A stretch of 64,000 nucleotides of DNA from Gemmatimonadales bacterium (GCA_037189525.1 JBBCJC010000002.1:416001-480000); one strand, 5' to 3'. Shown: positions 1-9,850, numbered from the stretch's first letter. Program-made: numbers and translations. Notes: a model not told the origin generated them from the letters alone.

Positions 1-255
1 ATGGACATAGGCCGAGCCCAGGAAGGACAGCGTCTGCATGGCGCGCTCGAGCGGAGCGCCATCCGCCAACGGGGCGGGGTCCAGCAAGGGCAATCGATCG
101 GCGACGCTGCGATAGCAACCGGCGGCCAGCAGCGGTGAGAGCTGGTCTGCCAGCCGTTCCCACGGCTCGAACTCGGCGGGGAGCCGGTCGAGCGGGTCCG
201 CATCCGGCAGAAAGCCGCGTGTCGGTGAAACGGCGTAGGCAGTCAGATCGATCAC
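1..255 (-). CDS. Indoleamine 2,3-dioxygenase family protein, N-terminal part (runs off the left edge)
   Basis: Manual translation from GTG at 255: MIDLTAYAVSPTRGFLPDADPLDRLPAEFEPWERLADQLSPLLAAGCYRSVADRLPLLDPAPLADGAPLERAMQTLSFLGSAYVH. This fits the IDO N-terminal pattern (GFLP..P...LP..F..W..LA..L..LL..G..R...LP.L...RA...L.FL..AYV). The start overlaps the ampG stop (GTGA). Confidence 0.8.
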   Translation of the reverse strand, partial: MIDLTAYAVSPTRGFLPDADPLDRLPAEFEPWERLADQLSPLLAAGCYRSVADRLPLLDPAPLADGAPLERAMQTLSFLGSAYVH

Positions 256-1538
256 GAATCACCTGCAACGGGAGTACGGTCAACGGCGAGCGGGCCCGTC
301 CCACGCCACGGCGCAAAGATCGGCAGCAGCGCAAGGCCGGGCACCGCGGCGAGCACGGTCACCAGAAAGAAGGTCGACCACCCCATCTGTTGCACCATCC
401 ATCCGGCGGGAGCGACCAGCACATCCCGGCTGGCGCCCATCAGGCTGGTGAGCAGGGCGAACTGGGTGGCCGAGAAGCGCGGGCTGCAGAGGCTCATCAG
501 AAAAGCAATGAAGCCTGCCGTGACCAGACCGGTGCAGAAGTTCTCGACCACGATCGTGGCGACCAGAACGGAGTACTTGCGGCCGACCAGAGCCAATCCC
601 CAGTAGGCGAGGTTGCTCACGGCCTGCAGGATCCCGATGATCCAGAGTGAGCGATTGATGCCCAGCTTGGCCACCAGCGCGCCACTGGCCAACGCGCCGA
701 CGATCGTGGCTGCGATACCCAGACCGCCCTGAATGGCCCCGATGTCGGTTTGCGAGAAGTCGAGGTCGAGGAGGAACGGCGTGGCAATCGAGGCGGCGAG
801 GTAATCGGGCAGTTTGTAGAGGACCACGAAACCCAGCACCAGAACTGCGTTCCGCACCCCGGCGCGACGAAAGAAGTCCTGAAACGGGAGCACCACCGCG
901 TCGCGAAAAGTCTGGGGCGGTTGCCCGCCCGTGGCGGGTTCCTCGCCCAGCAGGGCGGCCAGAATCCCGATGCCGACCAGCGCCGACAGCAGCAGATACA
1001 CCATCGGCCACGGCATCCGGTCGGCCAGCACGAACGCCAGCGCCCCCGTGGCGAGCAATGCGACCCGATAGCCGACCACCCAGATGGCCGCGCCGGCTCC
1101 CATTTCCCGCTCCGACAGGATGTCCGCTCGGTACGCATCGACGACCACGTCGAGCGAGGCACTGAAGAAGGCGATGAAGATCGCGTTGATGGCCAGTAAC
1201 TTGAGGCCCTGGCGCGGATCGGCCAGTGCCATGGCGGCAATGGCCAGCACCAGCCCGATCTGAATCAGGACCAGCCAGCCTCGACGCCGGCCGAGGATGG
1301 GCGGGATATAGCGGTCGATGACCGGAGCCCAGAGCCACTTGAGCGAGTAGGGAAGCGCCACCAGGCTGAAGAGCCCGATGGTGGTGAGGTCGACGCCCTC
1401 CGTGCGGAGCCAGGCTTGCAGGGTCCGGCTGGTCAGATAGAGCGGCAGCCCCGAGGCGAAGCCGAGCATCGCCAGGACCACCATTTTCTTCTGGCCCCAG
1501 ACGCCTGATCGGGATGAGGTTGGGGCCGGTGTCGACAT
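252..1538 (-). CDS. ampG: AmpG family muropeptide MFS permease
   Basis: Motifs LGFASGLPLYL, PYSLKWLWAPVIDR, GRRRGWL, DVVVDAYR, FSATQFALLTSL; about 12 TM segments. Start taken at ATG 1538 (MSTPAP). Confidence 0.92.
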   Translation of the reverse strand: MSTPAPTSSRSGVWGQKKMVVLAMLGFASGLPLYLTSRTLQAWLRTEGVDLTTIGLFSLVALPYSLKWLWAPVIDRYIPPILGRRRGWLVLIQIGLVLAIAAMALADPRQGLKLLAINAIFIAFFSASLDVVVDAYRADILSEREMGAGAAIWVVGYRVALLATGALAFVLADRMPWPMVYLLLSALVGIGILAALLGEEPATGGQPPQTFRDAVVLPFQDFFRRAGVRNAVLVLGFVVLYKLPDYLAASIATPFLLDLDFSQTDIGAIQGGLGIAATIVGALASGALVAKLGINRSLWIIGILQAVSNLAYWGLALVGRKYSVLVATIVVENFCTGLVTAGFIAFLMSLCSPRFSATQFALLTSLMGASRDVLVAPAGWMVQQMGWSTFFLVTVLAAVPGLALLPIFAPWRGTGPLAVDRTPVAGDS

Positions 1539-1631
1539 CCCGTAATCTATCGCGACGCCGATTTCCTGGTACGTTTCGGCCCGCACTCATCCATAGACTT
1601 TCATTCGATTGGCATGCTTCGAGGCACGACC

Positions 1632-3095
1632 ATGACTTACGCTCGAACTTTCGGTGTATTTGCCCTCGCCTTCGTGGCCGCCTGTGCCCAACCGGCACAG
1701 TACGACATCGTAATCCAGGGCGGTCGCGTGATCGACCCGGAAACCGGCCTCGATGCCGTTCGCAACGTCGGGATCACCGGCGACCGGATCTCGGCGGTGT
1801 CCGACAAAGCGCTCGAGGGTGCCCGGACGATCGACGCGGCTGGCCTGGTCGTGGCGCCGGGCTTCATCGATCTCCATCAGCATGGTCACGACGACGCGTC
1901 GTATCGCCTGAAGGCGCTCGATGGGGTCACGATGGCGCTCGAAATGGAAATGGGCGTTCCGGACTATGCCGCATTTCTCGCGGCTCGCGCCAACGGCACG
2001 GTGGTGCACTACGGGGCCACCGTCAGCCACGAGGCGGCCCGGGTCGTGACGTGGGGATATCCGCTCGAGCCCAGCCAGGGCGGCCCAGCGGCGGCCATCG
2101 ACGACCCGGCCACGGGCCCGGTGACCGAAGAGGCAGCGACACCCGAACGGCTCGACGCGCTCCTGGCCTTTGCCAAAAAAGGGCTCGATGAGGGGGCGCT
2201 CGGCATCGGGATGGGGCTCGAGTACACGCCGGGCGCGACGCGTTGGGAAGTGATCCGCCACTTCCAGCTGGCGGCGGAGCGCCAGGTCCCGATCTATGTC
2301 CACATCCGGAGTTCGGGCGCGCTCGAGCCGGGGTCCAGCATCGAGTCGGTCGGTGAGATGCTCGGCGCCGCGGCCGCGACCGGCGCAAGCGTACACATCG
2401 TCCACATCAACAGCAGCTGCATGAGCTTTTCCTTCGACTGTATCAGCATGATCGAAGGTGCGCAGCGTCGCGGGCTCGATGTCACGACCGAGGCCTATCC
2501 CTACGGCGCCGGGATGACGAGCATTGCCTCGGCCCTCTACAACCCCGGCTGGCGGGAGCGTCGCAAGGTGGACTACGGCGATATCGAACTGCCCACCACC
2601 GGCGCCCGCCTCACCAAGGCGACATTCGATGCACTGCGCAACTCGGGGAAGCCGGAGTACGTGCTGATGCACATGAACCCGGACTCGGTGGTCGACCGGA
2701 TCATCGTGCATCCGCTCACCATGATCGCGAGCGACGGGTTGAAGAGCCATCCGCGGGGAGCCGGTACCTACGCGCGGGTCCTGGCGCGCCACGTCCGGGA
2801 GCAGAAGGCGCTCACGCTGCTCCAGGCGATCGACAAGATGTCCCTGATGCCCGCCAAGCGGCTCGAAGGGGTGACCGCGGCGGCCAAACGGAAGGGGCGG
2901 GTTCAGGTCGGCGCCGATGCGGACCTGGCGATTTTCGATCCGGAAACGGTCGCAGACAAGGCCACCTATCGCGATCAGCGGGCAGCGAGCGTCGGGATGC
3001 AGTACGTCCTGGTGGCGGGTGTGCCGGTCGTCTCGGAGGGCCAGCTCGTCGAAGGGGTCGCGCCGGGCCGGGCATTGGTCGCCGACAAGCGCTGA
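1632..3095 (+). CDS. Amidohydrolase, D-aminoacylase-like, predicted lipoprotein
   Basis: Lipobox-like VAAC; YDIVIQGGRVIDPETG, PGFIDLHQH, HIRS, ASDG, HPRGAGT, GADADLAIFDP. Confidence 0.85.
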   Translation: MTYARTFGVFALAFVAACAQPAQYDIVIQGGRVIDPETGLDAVRNVGITGDRISAVSDKALEGARTIDAAGLVVAPGFIDLHQHGHDDASYRLKALDGVTMALEMEMGVPDYAAFLAARANGTVVHYGATVSHEAARVVTWGYPLEPSQGGPAAAIDDPATGPVTEEAATPERLDALLAFAKKGLDEGALGIGMGLEYTPGATRWEVIRHFQLAAERQVPIYVHIRSSGALEPGSSIESVGEMLGAAAATGASVHIVHINSSCMSFSFDCISMIEGAQRRGLDVTTEAYPYGAGMTSIASALYNPGWRERRKVDYGDIELPTTGARLTKATFDALRNSGKPEYVLMHMNPDSVVDRIIVHPLTMIASDGLKSHPRGAGTYARVLARHVREQKALTLLQAIDKMSLMPAKRLEGVTAAAKRKGRVQVGADADLAIFDPETVADKATYRDQRAASVGMQYVLVAGVPVVSEGQLVEGVAPGRALVADKR

Positions 3096-3103
3096 GGCCC
3101 GTT

Positions 3104-3141
3104 CTCCCCAGGCGCAGCACCGGTCGCTGCGCCTGGGGGAG
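3104..3141. terminator. GC-rich hairpin between convergent genes
   Basis: tccccaggcgcagc-accggtc-gctgcgcctggggga inverted repeat lying between the stops at 3095 and 3148. Confidence 0.6.
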
Positions 3142-3147
3142 TCAGGA

Positions 3148-4092
3148 TCAGGGCTTGTACTTTGTGGCCCCCGGGTCCGGCGTCCACGGGTGGTTCGGTT
3201 CGAAGTGTCGCCAGAGCAGCGCCGAAATCCGTTGCATCAAGACGCCCGATTCGCTGTTCGTTCCCAATCCGTCGTCGGCGGTCTTCCAGATACTCACGGT
3301 AAAGACGTAGTCTCCCGACGGCGCATTGACGACGGCCGTTTCGGAGCGCTGTCCGCGAACCCACCCCTGCTTCGAGGCGACCTGCACCCAGGGCGGGATC
3401 GCAGCAAGCGCAGCTCCGTTCCAGTAGACCCGGGTCAAGGCGCGGTACATCTCCTCGCTGGCTGCCTGGCTGACGGCCTTCCCGTCGCGGATCATCAGCA
3501 TCAGGCGCGACATCTCGCGTGGCGTAGTCTGCCCCCAACCGTACCGCTTCTGATTTTCCTCGCGTCCCGGCGTTCTCGAATTGACGCGGGTCTGCTCGAA
3601 GCCATGCGCAGCCAGCCAGGCGTTGATGGTCGTCCCGGTGCCGGCCAGGTGTTGCAGCCAGAGCGAGCCGGTGTTGTCGCTGGTGGTGATCATCAGCATG
3701 GCCACCTGGCCCAGGGCGATGGTGGCGCTGTCTTTGAGCCCACCGATGATGTCGGCGCCGCGATAGAGCAGGGAATCGGTATAGACGAGGCGGGTTCGGT
3801 AGTCGAGCACGCCGCGATGGATCGCATCGAAGGTGCCTACCAGGATCGGCACTTTGACTACGCTCTGGGTCGGGAAGGTGCTGTCGGCGTTGATGGCCGC
3901 CGTCTGTCCGGTGCGCAGGTGGTGAACATAGAGCCCGACCTCGCCCTTGAAGCCCCGGACCAGCGCCTCGAGCTCGGCTTGCAATGCCCGGTCGGTCCGT
4001 TCGGGGGCGGGCGTCGTCGTGACGGATGCAGACGGGCCGCACCCTGCCAGTAGTGCGATAGCCAGCAGGCTGGGGAGGCGAGAACGGATCAT
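3148..4092 (-). CDS. Class A beta-lactamase-like serine hydrolase, lipoprotein
   Basis: Lipobox LLAGC; SxxK (SVVK), SDN and KQG motifs. Start at ATG 4092 (MIRSRL). Confidence 0.85.
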   Translation of the reverse strand: MIRSRLPSLLAIALLAGCGPSASVTTTPAPERTDRALQAELEALVRGFKGEVGLYVHHLRTGQTAAINADSTFPTQSVVKVPILVGTFDAIHRGVLDYRTRLVYTDSLLYRGADIIGGLKDSATIALGQVAMLMITTSDNTGSLWLQHLAGTGTTINAWLAAHGFEQTRVNSRTPGREENQKRYGWGQTTPREMSRLMLMIRDGKAVSQAASEEMYRALTRVYWNGAALAAIPPWVQVASKQGWVRGQRSETAVVNAPSGDYVFTVSIWKTADDGLGTNSESGVLMQRISALLWRHFEPNHPWTPDPGATKYKP

Positions 4093-4283
4093 GGTCGCCG
4101 GATCAAAAGGTATGCGGTGCACTCGGCCGGGATGACCGAACGGCGGCGGTAACGATATGACGATACAGCGCACGGCGGCGGTTCGAAAGGCGCGGTGGTG
4201 GGCGCCGTCGCGAGAGACGGCCACCGACGATTGCCTCGGCCGGGCCGGCGGGCGATCTTCCGACTGATCCCATCCCACAGCCC

Positions 4284-5549
4284 ATGGCGCTCACCATCGT
4301 CGTTACCGCGGTCGTCACCCTGCTGCTGGCCGTCGTGGCCATGAACTTTGCCACGTCGGAAAAGCAGCTCGAGCGGAAGATCGACCATCGGCACCCGATC
4401 CGGGATCCGCAGTTCCGGCGCGAGATGTCGGTGATGATGGGTCCCTCGATTCTGCCCGGCAACCGCGTGACGGCATTGCAGAACGGAGTGGAAATCTTTC
4501 CGGCCATGCTCCGGGCCATCCGCTCGGCCCGGGTGTCGGTCACCTTCGAAACGTACATCTACTGGTCCGGCGAGATCGGTCGCGAGTTCAGCGACGCGCT
4601 CTGCGAACGGGCGCAGGCCGGCATACCGGTGAATGTCACGGTCGACTGGGTCGGCAGCCTCAAGATGGACCAGGCGCTGCTCGATCGGATGGAGGCAGCC
4701 GGGGTGCGCTTGCGGCGCTACCGGCCGCTCCACTGGTACAACCTCGGGCGGATGAACAATCGGACCCATCGCAAGCTGCTGGTCGTCGACGGCCGGATCG
4801 GCTTTACCGGCGGGGTCGGCATTGCCGACCAGTGGCAGGGTCAGGGTGAAAATCCCGATCACTGGCGGGACATGCACTTCGAAATCGAAGGTCCCGTCGT
4901 GGCGCAACTGCAGGCGGCGTTCAACGACAACTGGATCAAGACGACCGGCACCGTGCTGCGCGGTCCCGAATACTTTCCGGCTCTGACCTCGGCCGGGCCG
5001 ATGGATGCGCACCTGTTCATCGCTTCGCCGCCGGGCGGGAGCGAGAGCATGCACCTGATGTACCTGATGGCGATCGGGGCCGCCGAGGCGTCGATCGACC
5101 TGGCGGCGTCCTACTTCGTGCCGGACGAACTGACGTTGAAGGCGCTGGTGGCGGCGAGCCGGCGCGGGGTGAGCGTTCGCTTGCTGGTACCGGGTCAGCA
5201 TATCGACTCGGAAGCCGTGCGGCTCAGTTCGAAGGCAAGCTGGGGCGCCTTGCTCGAGGCCGGAGTCGCGATCGCCGAGTATCAACCGACCATGCTGCAC
5301 ACCAAGCTGCTGATCATCGATAACCACTTCACGTCGGTGGGGTCGACCAACTTCGATGCGCGGTCGTTTCGCCTCAATGACGAGGCCAGTCTCAACATCT
5401 ATGACACGGACTTTGCCGTCCGGATGACGGCTACCTTCGAACAGGACCTGGACCAGGCCAAGCCGTACACCTACGAGATGTGGCGGACCAGGCCGCTCCG
5501 TGCGCGGCTTGCGGAAGCGTTGCTCTGGCCGATCCGGTCGCAGCTCTGA
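4284..5549 (+). CDS. cls: Cardiolipin synthase (PLD superfamily)
   Basis: Two HKD motifs (HRKLLVVD, HTKLLIID), WRDMH, GSTNFDARSFRLNDE; N-terminal TM segment. Confidence 0.92.
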   Translation: MALTIVVTAVVTLLLAVVAMNFATSEKQLERKIDHRHPIRDPQFRREMSVMMGPSILPGNRVTALQNGVEIFPAMLRAIRSARVSVTFETYIYWSGEIGREFSDALCERAQAGIPVNVTVDWVGSLKMDQALLDRMEAAGVRLRRYRPLHWYNLGRMNNRTHRKLLVVDGRIGFTGGVGIADQWQGQGENPDHWRDMHFEIEGPVVAQLQAAFNDNWIKTTGTVLRGPEYFPALTSAGPMDAHLFIASPPGGSESMHLMYLMAIGAAEASIDLAASYFVPDELTLKALVAASRRGVSVRLLVPGQHIDSEAVRLSSKASWGALLEAGVAIAEYQPTMLHTKLLIIDNHFTSVGSTNFDARSFRLNDEASLNIYDTDFAVRMTATFEQDLDQAKPYTYEMWRTRPLRARLAEALLWPIRSQL

Positions 5550-5552
5550 GGT

Positions 5553-5825
5553 TCAGGGCCGGGCAAACACGGCGCCGTGAGGGACGCCGGGGGCATCGGT
5601 CCCGTGGGGCCAGCGCACGTTGGTCATCGAGAAGCCGGCTGGCCCGTCATCGGTATTTCTAAAAGTCGTGTCCAGCGTGAGCGCGCCGGTGGCGGGGTCG
5701 AAGCGGGCCAGCACGATGCGATGGTCCATCCCAACATATCCGGTGATCACGACACGCTGCTGATCGGGCGATACGGCCAGCCAGTGGGGCACATCGTCCG
5801 CACCAAGCGTCAGGCGGCCGACGGC
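5553..5825 (-). pseudogene. 3' remnant of an SBP56-like beta-propeller gene
   Basis: The frame reads AVGRLTLGADDVPHWLAVSPDQQRVVITG...LDTTFR...WPHGTDAPGVPHGAVFARP*. It is preceded by an in-frame TAA at 5826-5828 with no upstream gene body. Confidence 0.6.
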
Positions 5826-5896
5826 TTAGCCGAGGTCGGATATCGAACGGGCGCCACCCTGCAGCGCCCGTTCGATTGATGCGGACTAATGCGTAA

Positions 5897-7231
5897 CTAC
5901 TGGATCATCAGCACATTGAACTCGCTATTCACCGGGGTTCCCGCGGTGTTGTAGCAGAAGATCGAAACGGTGGTGCTGCCCCACGAACCGATCCGGCACC
6001 GGCGGTCGTTGCCTCCGTATGCCGTGACGATCACGGTTTCTGCTGCTCCCGGTGTACGGACAAAGTTCGGGAATGTGACCACGTACGCCCCCAGGCCGGA
6101 TTGGGTGATCTGATTGACGCCTCCGGTCGAGTTGAAGCTGTAGTTCGCATTTGGGGTATAGGGTCCGGCCACACCCGCCTGATCGGCCCAGGCGAAGGCT
6201 GCTTGGGCCCCAGCGCGGCCCTTTTCGAGTATCAGCACGCTGAACTTGGTATCGATGGATGCACCGGCCGCATTGACGCAGGCGATATCGGTGGAGAACG
6301 ACGAGAAGCTCCAGACTTCGACCCAGCATCGCTCACCCGCGGTGCCGACGGCCGTTACGAACACCTGATCAGGGCCGTCGGTTGCGGTACGATTGAGCCT
6401 GGCGAAGGTGGCCCGGTAGTGTCCCGGGGACACACGGGTGATGGTGACCGGCCCGGCACGGGAGTTCCGCGCTTGCTGCGGAACATAGGCGGCGGTCGCT
6501 GCCTCGTCATGCGCCAACGCAAAGCCGAGTCGGCCTTCCAACGCGGTACCGCCGGTGGCCAGCAGCGTGAAGCGGGCGTCGGCAGGGGCGCCTGCGGCGT
6601 TGAAACACCGCACGTTGGCTACCAGGTCCGCCCCCGAGTTCTGCCAGCCGCTAAGCTGGCAATAGGCGTTGTCCGTGTTGTAGGCGGACACCTGGACATT
6701 GGTGCGCTGGCCTGCGCCCGCCGCAAGACCCGTCATAGTCACTGCGTACTGCCCGGTCCCGGCTCGCGTGATGCTGGCCTTGGCGCCGGAACTCAGATAC
6801 TCATAGCCGTTGGTGACCGTGTAACTCTCCGAGGCCTGGTCGCTGGCCCAGACGTACCCGAATCGATCATCCCGAACGACGGTCACGGAGGCCGTACCGG
6901 TCCGTCCGCTCACCGTGGCCGAGATGGTTGCCTGGCCAGTGGCGACGGCGACCACGCCACCGGTGCCGGTGATGTTGGCGGCCGCTCCCGAGATTGCCCA
7001 GGTGACGGACTGCCCTGTCATCACGGTCCCGTTCTGGTCCTTCACCGTGGCGGTGGCGACCGTCGTGTCTCCCGGGAGCAGGGTGCCGGACGCCAGGGCA
7101 ACGTCGACGGTGGTCACCACCGGGGTTGGCGGCGGTGGAGGGGGCGGCGGCGTCACCGGTCCTGTGTCACCTCCGCAGCCGGACAGAACCACCGAGATCG
7201 CAATACCGACCTGCATCATACGACCCGTCAT
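5897..7231 (-). CDS. Surface lipoprotein: Pro linker, Ig-like (Big_2) domain and three tandem ~105-aa repeats
   Basis: Lipobox LSGC, poly-Pro, ATATVKDQNG...VTW...GQATISAT Ig-like segment, three repeats each with two Cys. Start is 7231 or 7219. Confidence 0.8.
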   Translation of the reverse strand: MTGRMMQVGIAISVVLSGCGGDTGPVTPPPPPPPPTPVVTTVDVALASGTLLPGDTTVATATVKDQNGTVMTGQSVTWAISGAAANITGTGGVVAVATGQATISATVSGRTGTASVTVVRDDRFGYVWASDQASESYTVTNGYEYLSSGAKASITRAGTGQYAVTMTGLAAGAGQRTNVQVSAYNTDNAYCQLSGWQNSGADLVANVRCFNAAGAPADARFTLLATGGTALEGRLGFALAHDEAATAAYVPQQARNSRAGPVTITRVSPGHYRATFARLNRTATDGPDQVFVTAVGTAGERCWVEVWSFSSFSTDIACVNAAGASIDTKFSVLILEKGRAGAQAAFAWADQAGVAGPYTPNANYSFNSTGGVNQITQSGLGAYVVTFPNFVRTPGAAETVIVTAYGGNDRRCRIGSWGSTTVSIFCYNTAGTPVNSEFNVLMIQ

Positions 7232-7410
7232 GAGTGCCCTCGTCGAGTGTCCAGGATTCAGCCATTTGGATGCGCACCGATTGGTTAGCCCTTGTCGGGC
7301 CAAGTGTTCGGTGTCATCTGTCGGCGGCAGGCGGCGGGTCGAAATCGGTCGACCCGCTCATCGGAGGGTTTGGCCGGCAAGGTCGGGGCCAGCCGTAACT
7401 TCGGGAAGAT

Positions 7411-9744
7411 TCAGAGCCGAAACAGGTAGCTTGCTTTCGCAAAGAACCCGTCGACTCGACGTTCGAGTTCCCGGAAACGGAACTCCCGCGGTTCTTCGAG
7501 GGTCGAGCCATATCCTACATAGAAGAGCGTACCCGGGGTGGGCCGGTAGCTGAACAGCCAGTCCATCCGGAACTCGTTGCGCGTCTCGGCCTGTGCCGGC
7601 AGCCGATCGACGTAGATCTGTTGTCCTTCGCGCGTTGCGAGCCCGGCTTGCTTGCGGGCCGTGTACTCGCCGATCAGCCGGAAGAACACCGCCCGGTTGA
7701 GCTGGTACTCGAGCTTGACCCGCGGAATCGTTTCGGTGGAGAAGCGGCTGCCGTCACGCTGGCGGTCGAGGGTCAGCCGGGTGATCTGCATCGTCGTCCG
7801 GACCGCTGAGGTGGGCCGGAGGTCCACGACCGCATTGAGCTGGAGGCTCCGCCCGCGGCTGGCTTCTCGGAAGATCGGGATCTCGCCGTATGCCACGCTG
7901 GCCGTTGCGCTCACCTGCCGGAACGTTGGCGTGGTGACCGAGAGCGAGCCGGACCAGAGATTCCGCTCCGGCCCGGGAAGCGGAAACGGCTGGAAGTTGG
8001 GCAGGTTGAGCGAAGGGCCCAGCACTTCGTATCCGGCATAGTCGGCGGCGTCATAGGCGTACAGGTTCCGCGCCAGGGAGGTGCCGACCTGCCAGCCGCC
8101 GCGCAGGGTGGCGCTTGGTGAGATACTCTCCCGTCCTTCGATCAGGCCGTCGCCAAGTTGATCGTAGGCCCACATCCGCCCCACGCTCAAGAACCCGCCG
8201 ATCGTCTGGACCAGTGCGCCCGGGGCGCCGTAGAAGCTCAACCGGTTGGAGAACGAGGCCTCGACCACGCCAGTCCGATTGACGAACCCCGCCGCGGCAT
8301 CGAAATCCGGATCGATCGCTTCGATGCTGTGATGGAAGCCCCAGCGGCGACCGGTCCGGTCCCAGTCGACCTTGAACAGATTGCCGCTGCTACTGGTGCC
8401 GTTCCGGTCGGCGAAGGATTGCGCCGTCTGAACCTCGACATAGTACAGTCGCGAATGGTAGATCCGGGCGTCGGCGCCGATCAGCCGGGAATAGTCGCCG
8501 CCGTCTTCACGGGTGGTCAGCACTCCGCCGATGGTGCCGGTGCGACCCAGGTCCTGTCGCAGACGGGTGATACCGAAGATCGGCGCCTGGCCGCCATTCC
8601 ACGACATAGCGCGATCGTCGGCCGCGAGCATGGTGGCCAGGGTGAGGTTGCCCACCTTGCCGGCCAGCTTGAGGCCCGCCGAAGGGGCTGCGATCCGCCG
8701 AGTGTAGATCAGTCGGCTCGGGGTGTCGAAGAGCTCGAGGCCGTCGAGGAAGAAAGGCCGCTTTTCCGGATAGAAGAGGGCAAACCGCTCGTTGAGCAGA
8801 ACCTGGCCCACGTCGGCTTCGACCTGGGAAAAATCCGGATTGACGGTGGCGTTGAGGGTGAGGCTCTGGTTGATGGCCCAGCGAGCGTCGCCCCCCACGT
8901 CACCGGTTTCGTCGTACTGCCAGGCGCCGGCCGCCGTGCGGGCACCGTCGAGTCGACCCGTGACGGTCGGGGTGACCTCGAGTACCAGCCCGGGCCGCAT
9001 GTCGTGGAGTCCCTGGAGCGTGCCACCCTGCGCCAGAAAGTTCGAGTTGGCGCGCACCGCCGGGGTCCAGGTGTCCTGATAGCCGGTGTGCTGCACCCGG
9101 CGGAGGACTTGAATGCCCCAGTCCTGTACCGACTTCGACTGATACCGGAGACTCTTGAAGGGAATCCGGATCTCGACCACATAGCCGTCGGGGACCACGT
9201 GGCCGCGCGATTCGAAAACGTAGTCCGGATTGAGGTCGACGTTGCCGTCGAGAAAATTGCCGCCGCCGAATCCGCCGCCGGTGGCCGAGGAGCCGCCGGC
9301 ACCGCCACCCCATTGAGAGGAGCGGGTGCCGTCCTGTTGCACACCGAGCGGATTGACGCCGAAGAGATACGCCAGCCGGCGATCGTTATGCGTATCGAGC
9401 AGGATCTGGATGTGATCTTCGCTGCCGATGTTATCCCGGTTGGCGCGCGTGGCACGGACCACGTCGCCGTGAATTTCCCGGGCCCGGATTCCGAAGTGGA
9501 TCGCGTGCGCCGAGTACCAGACCAGCACCTCGGTCGGTTCCTCGGCAGAGCGGCCGTCGACGGGTTGGTACTGGGAAAAGTCGGTCAGGCGCGCCGCCTG
9601 CGACCAGACCGCCTCGTCGAGCACGCCATCGATCGTGATCTCGGCTTCGATCCGGGGAATCGGCACGTTGAGGCGCTGGGCACGGCCGCTGAAGGTCAAG
9701 GTATCGGAGACGGCCGTCAACAGGAGCAGAGCAATCGGAAACAT
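7411..9744 (-). CDS. DUF5916 family protein (CBM9-like N-domain plus probable outer-membrane barrel)
   Basis: IDGVLDEAVW, EIRIPFKSLRY, TVNPDFSQVEAD, ALFYPEKRPFFLDG, C-terminal FFAKASYLFRL. Confidence 0.85.
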   Translation of the reverse strand: MFPIALLLLTAVSDTLTFSGRAQRLNVPIPRIEAEITIDGVLDEAVWSQAARLTDFSQYQPVDGRSAEEPTEVLVWYSAHAIHFGIRAREIHGDVVRATRANRDNIGSEDHIQILLDTHNDRRLAYLFGVNPLGVQQDGTRSSQWGGGAGGSSATGGGFGGGNFLDGNVDLNPDYVFESRGHVVPDGYVVEIRIPFKSLRYQSKSVQDWGIQVLRRVQHTGYQDTWTPAVRANSNFLAQGGTLQGLHDMRPGLVLEVTPTVTGRLDGARTAAGAWQYDETGDVGGDARWAINQSLTLNATVNPDFSQVEADVGQVLLNERFALFYPEKRPFFLDGLELFDTPSRLIYTRRIAAPSAGLKLAGKVGNLTLATMLAADDRAMSWNGGQAPIFGITRLRQDLGRTGTIGGVLTTREDGGDYSRLIGADARIYHSRLYYVEVQTAQSFADRNGTSSSGNLFKVDWDRTGRRWGFHHSIEAIDPDFDAAAGFVNRTGVVEASFSNRLSFYGAPGALVQTIGGFLSVGRMWAYDQLGDGLIEGRESISPSATLRGGWQVGTSLARNLYAYDAADYAGYEVLGPSLNLPNFQPFPLPGPERNLWSGSLSVTTPTFRQVSATASVAYGEIPIFREASRGRSLQLNAVVDLRPTSAVRTTMQITRLTLDRQRDGSRFSTETIPRVKLEYQLNRAVFFRLIGEYTARKQAGLATREGQQIYVDRLPAQAETRNEFRMDWLFSYRPTPGTLFYVGYGSTLEEPREFRFRELERRVDGFFAKASYLFRL

Positions 9745-9801
9745 CTAGGAAAGATAGTCGAGTACGGTGGACGATCCTCCGTGCGCGGGACCTCGCTGGG
9801 G

Positions 9802-9840
9802 ACCGGAATGTTCCGCCGTCTTTGGACAGAACATCCCGGT
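9802..9840. terminator. Intergenic hairpin
   Basis: accggaatgttc...gaacatcccggt inverted repeat just downstream of the stop at 9851. Confidence 0.4.
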
Positions 9841-9850
9841 ATTGGTCGCG

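Noticed and set aside
7120..7152. GGC/GGT-type runs here, at 12810-12830 and at 40395-40432
   Set aside because: They encode poly-Pro linkers with mixed codons and are not phase-variable tracts or repeat arrays.
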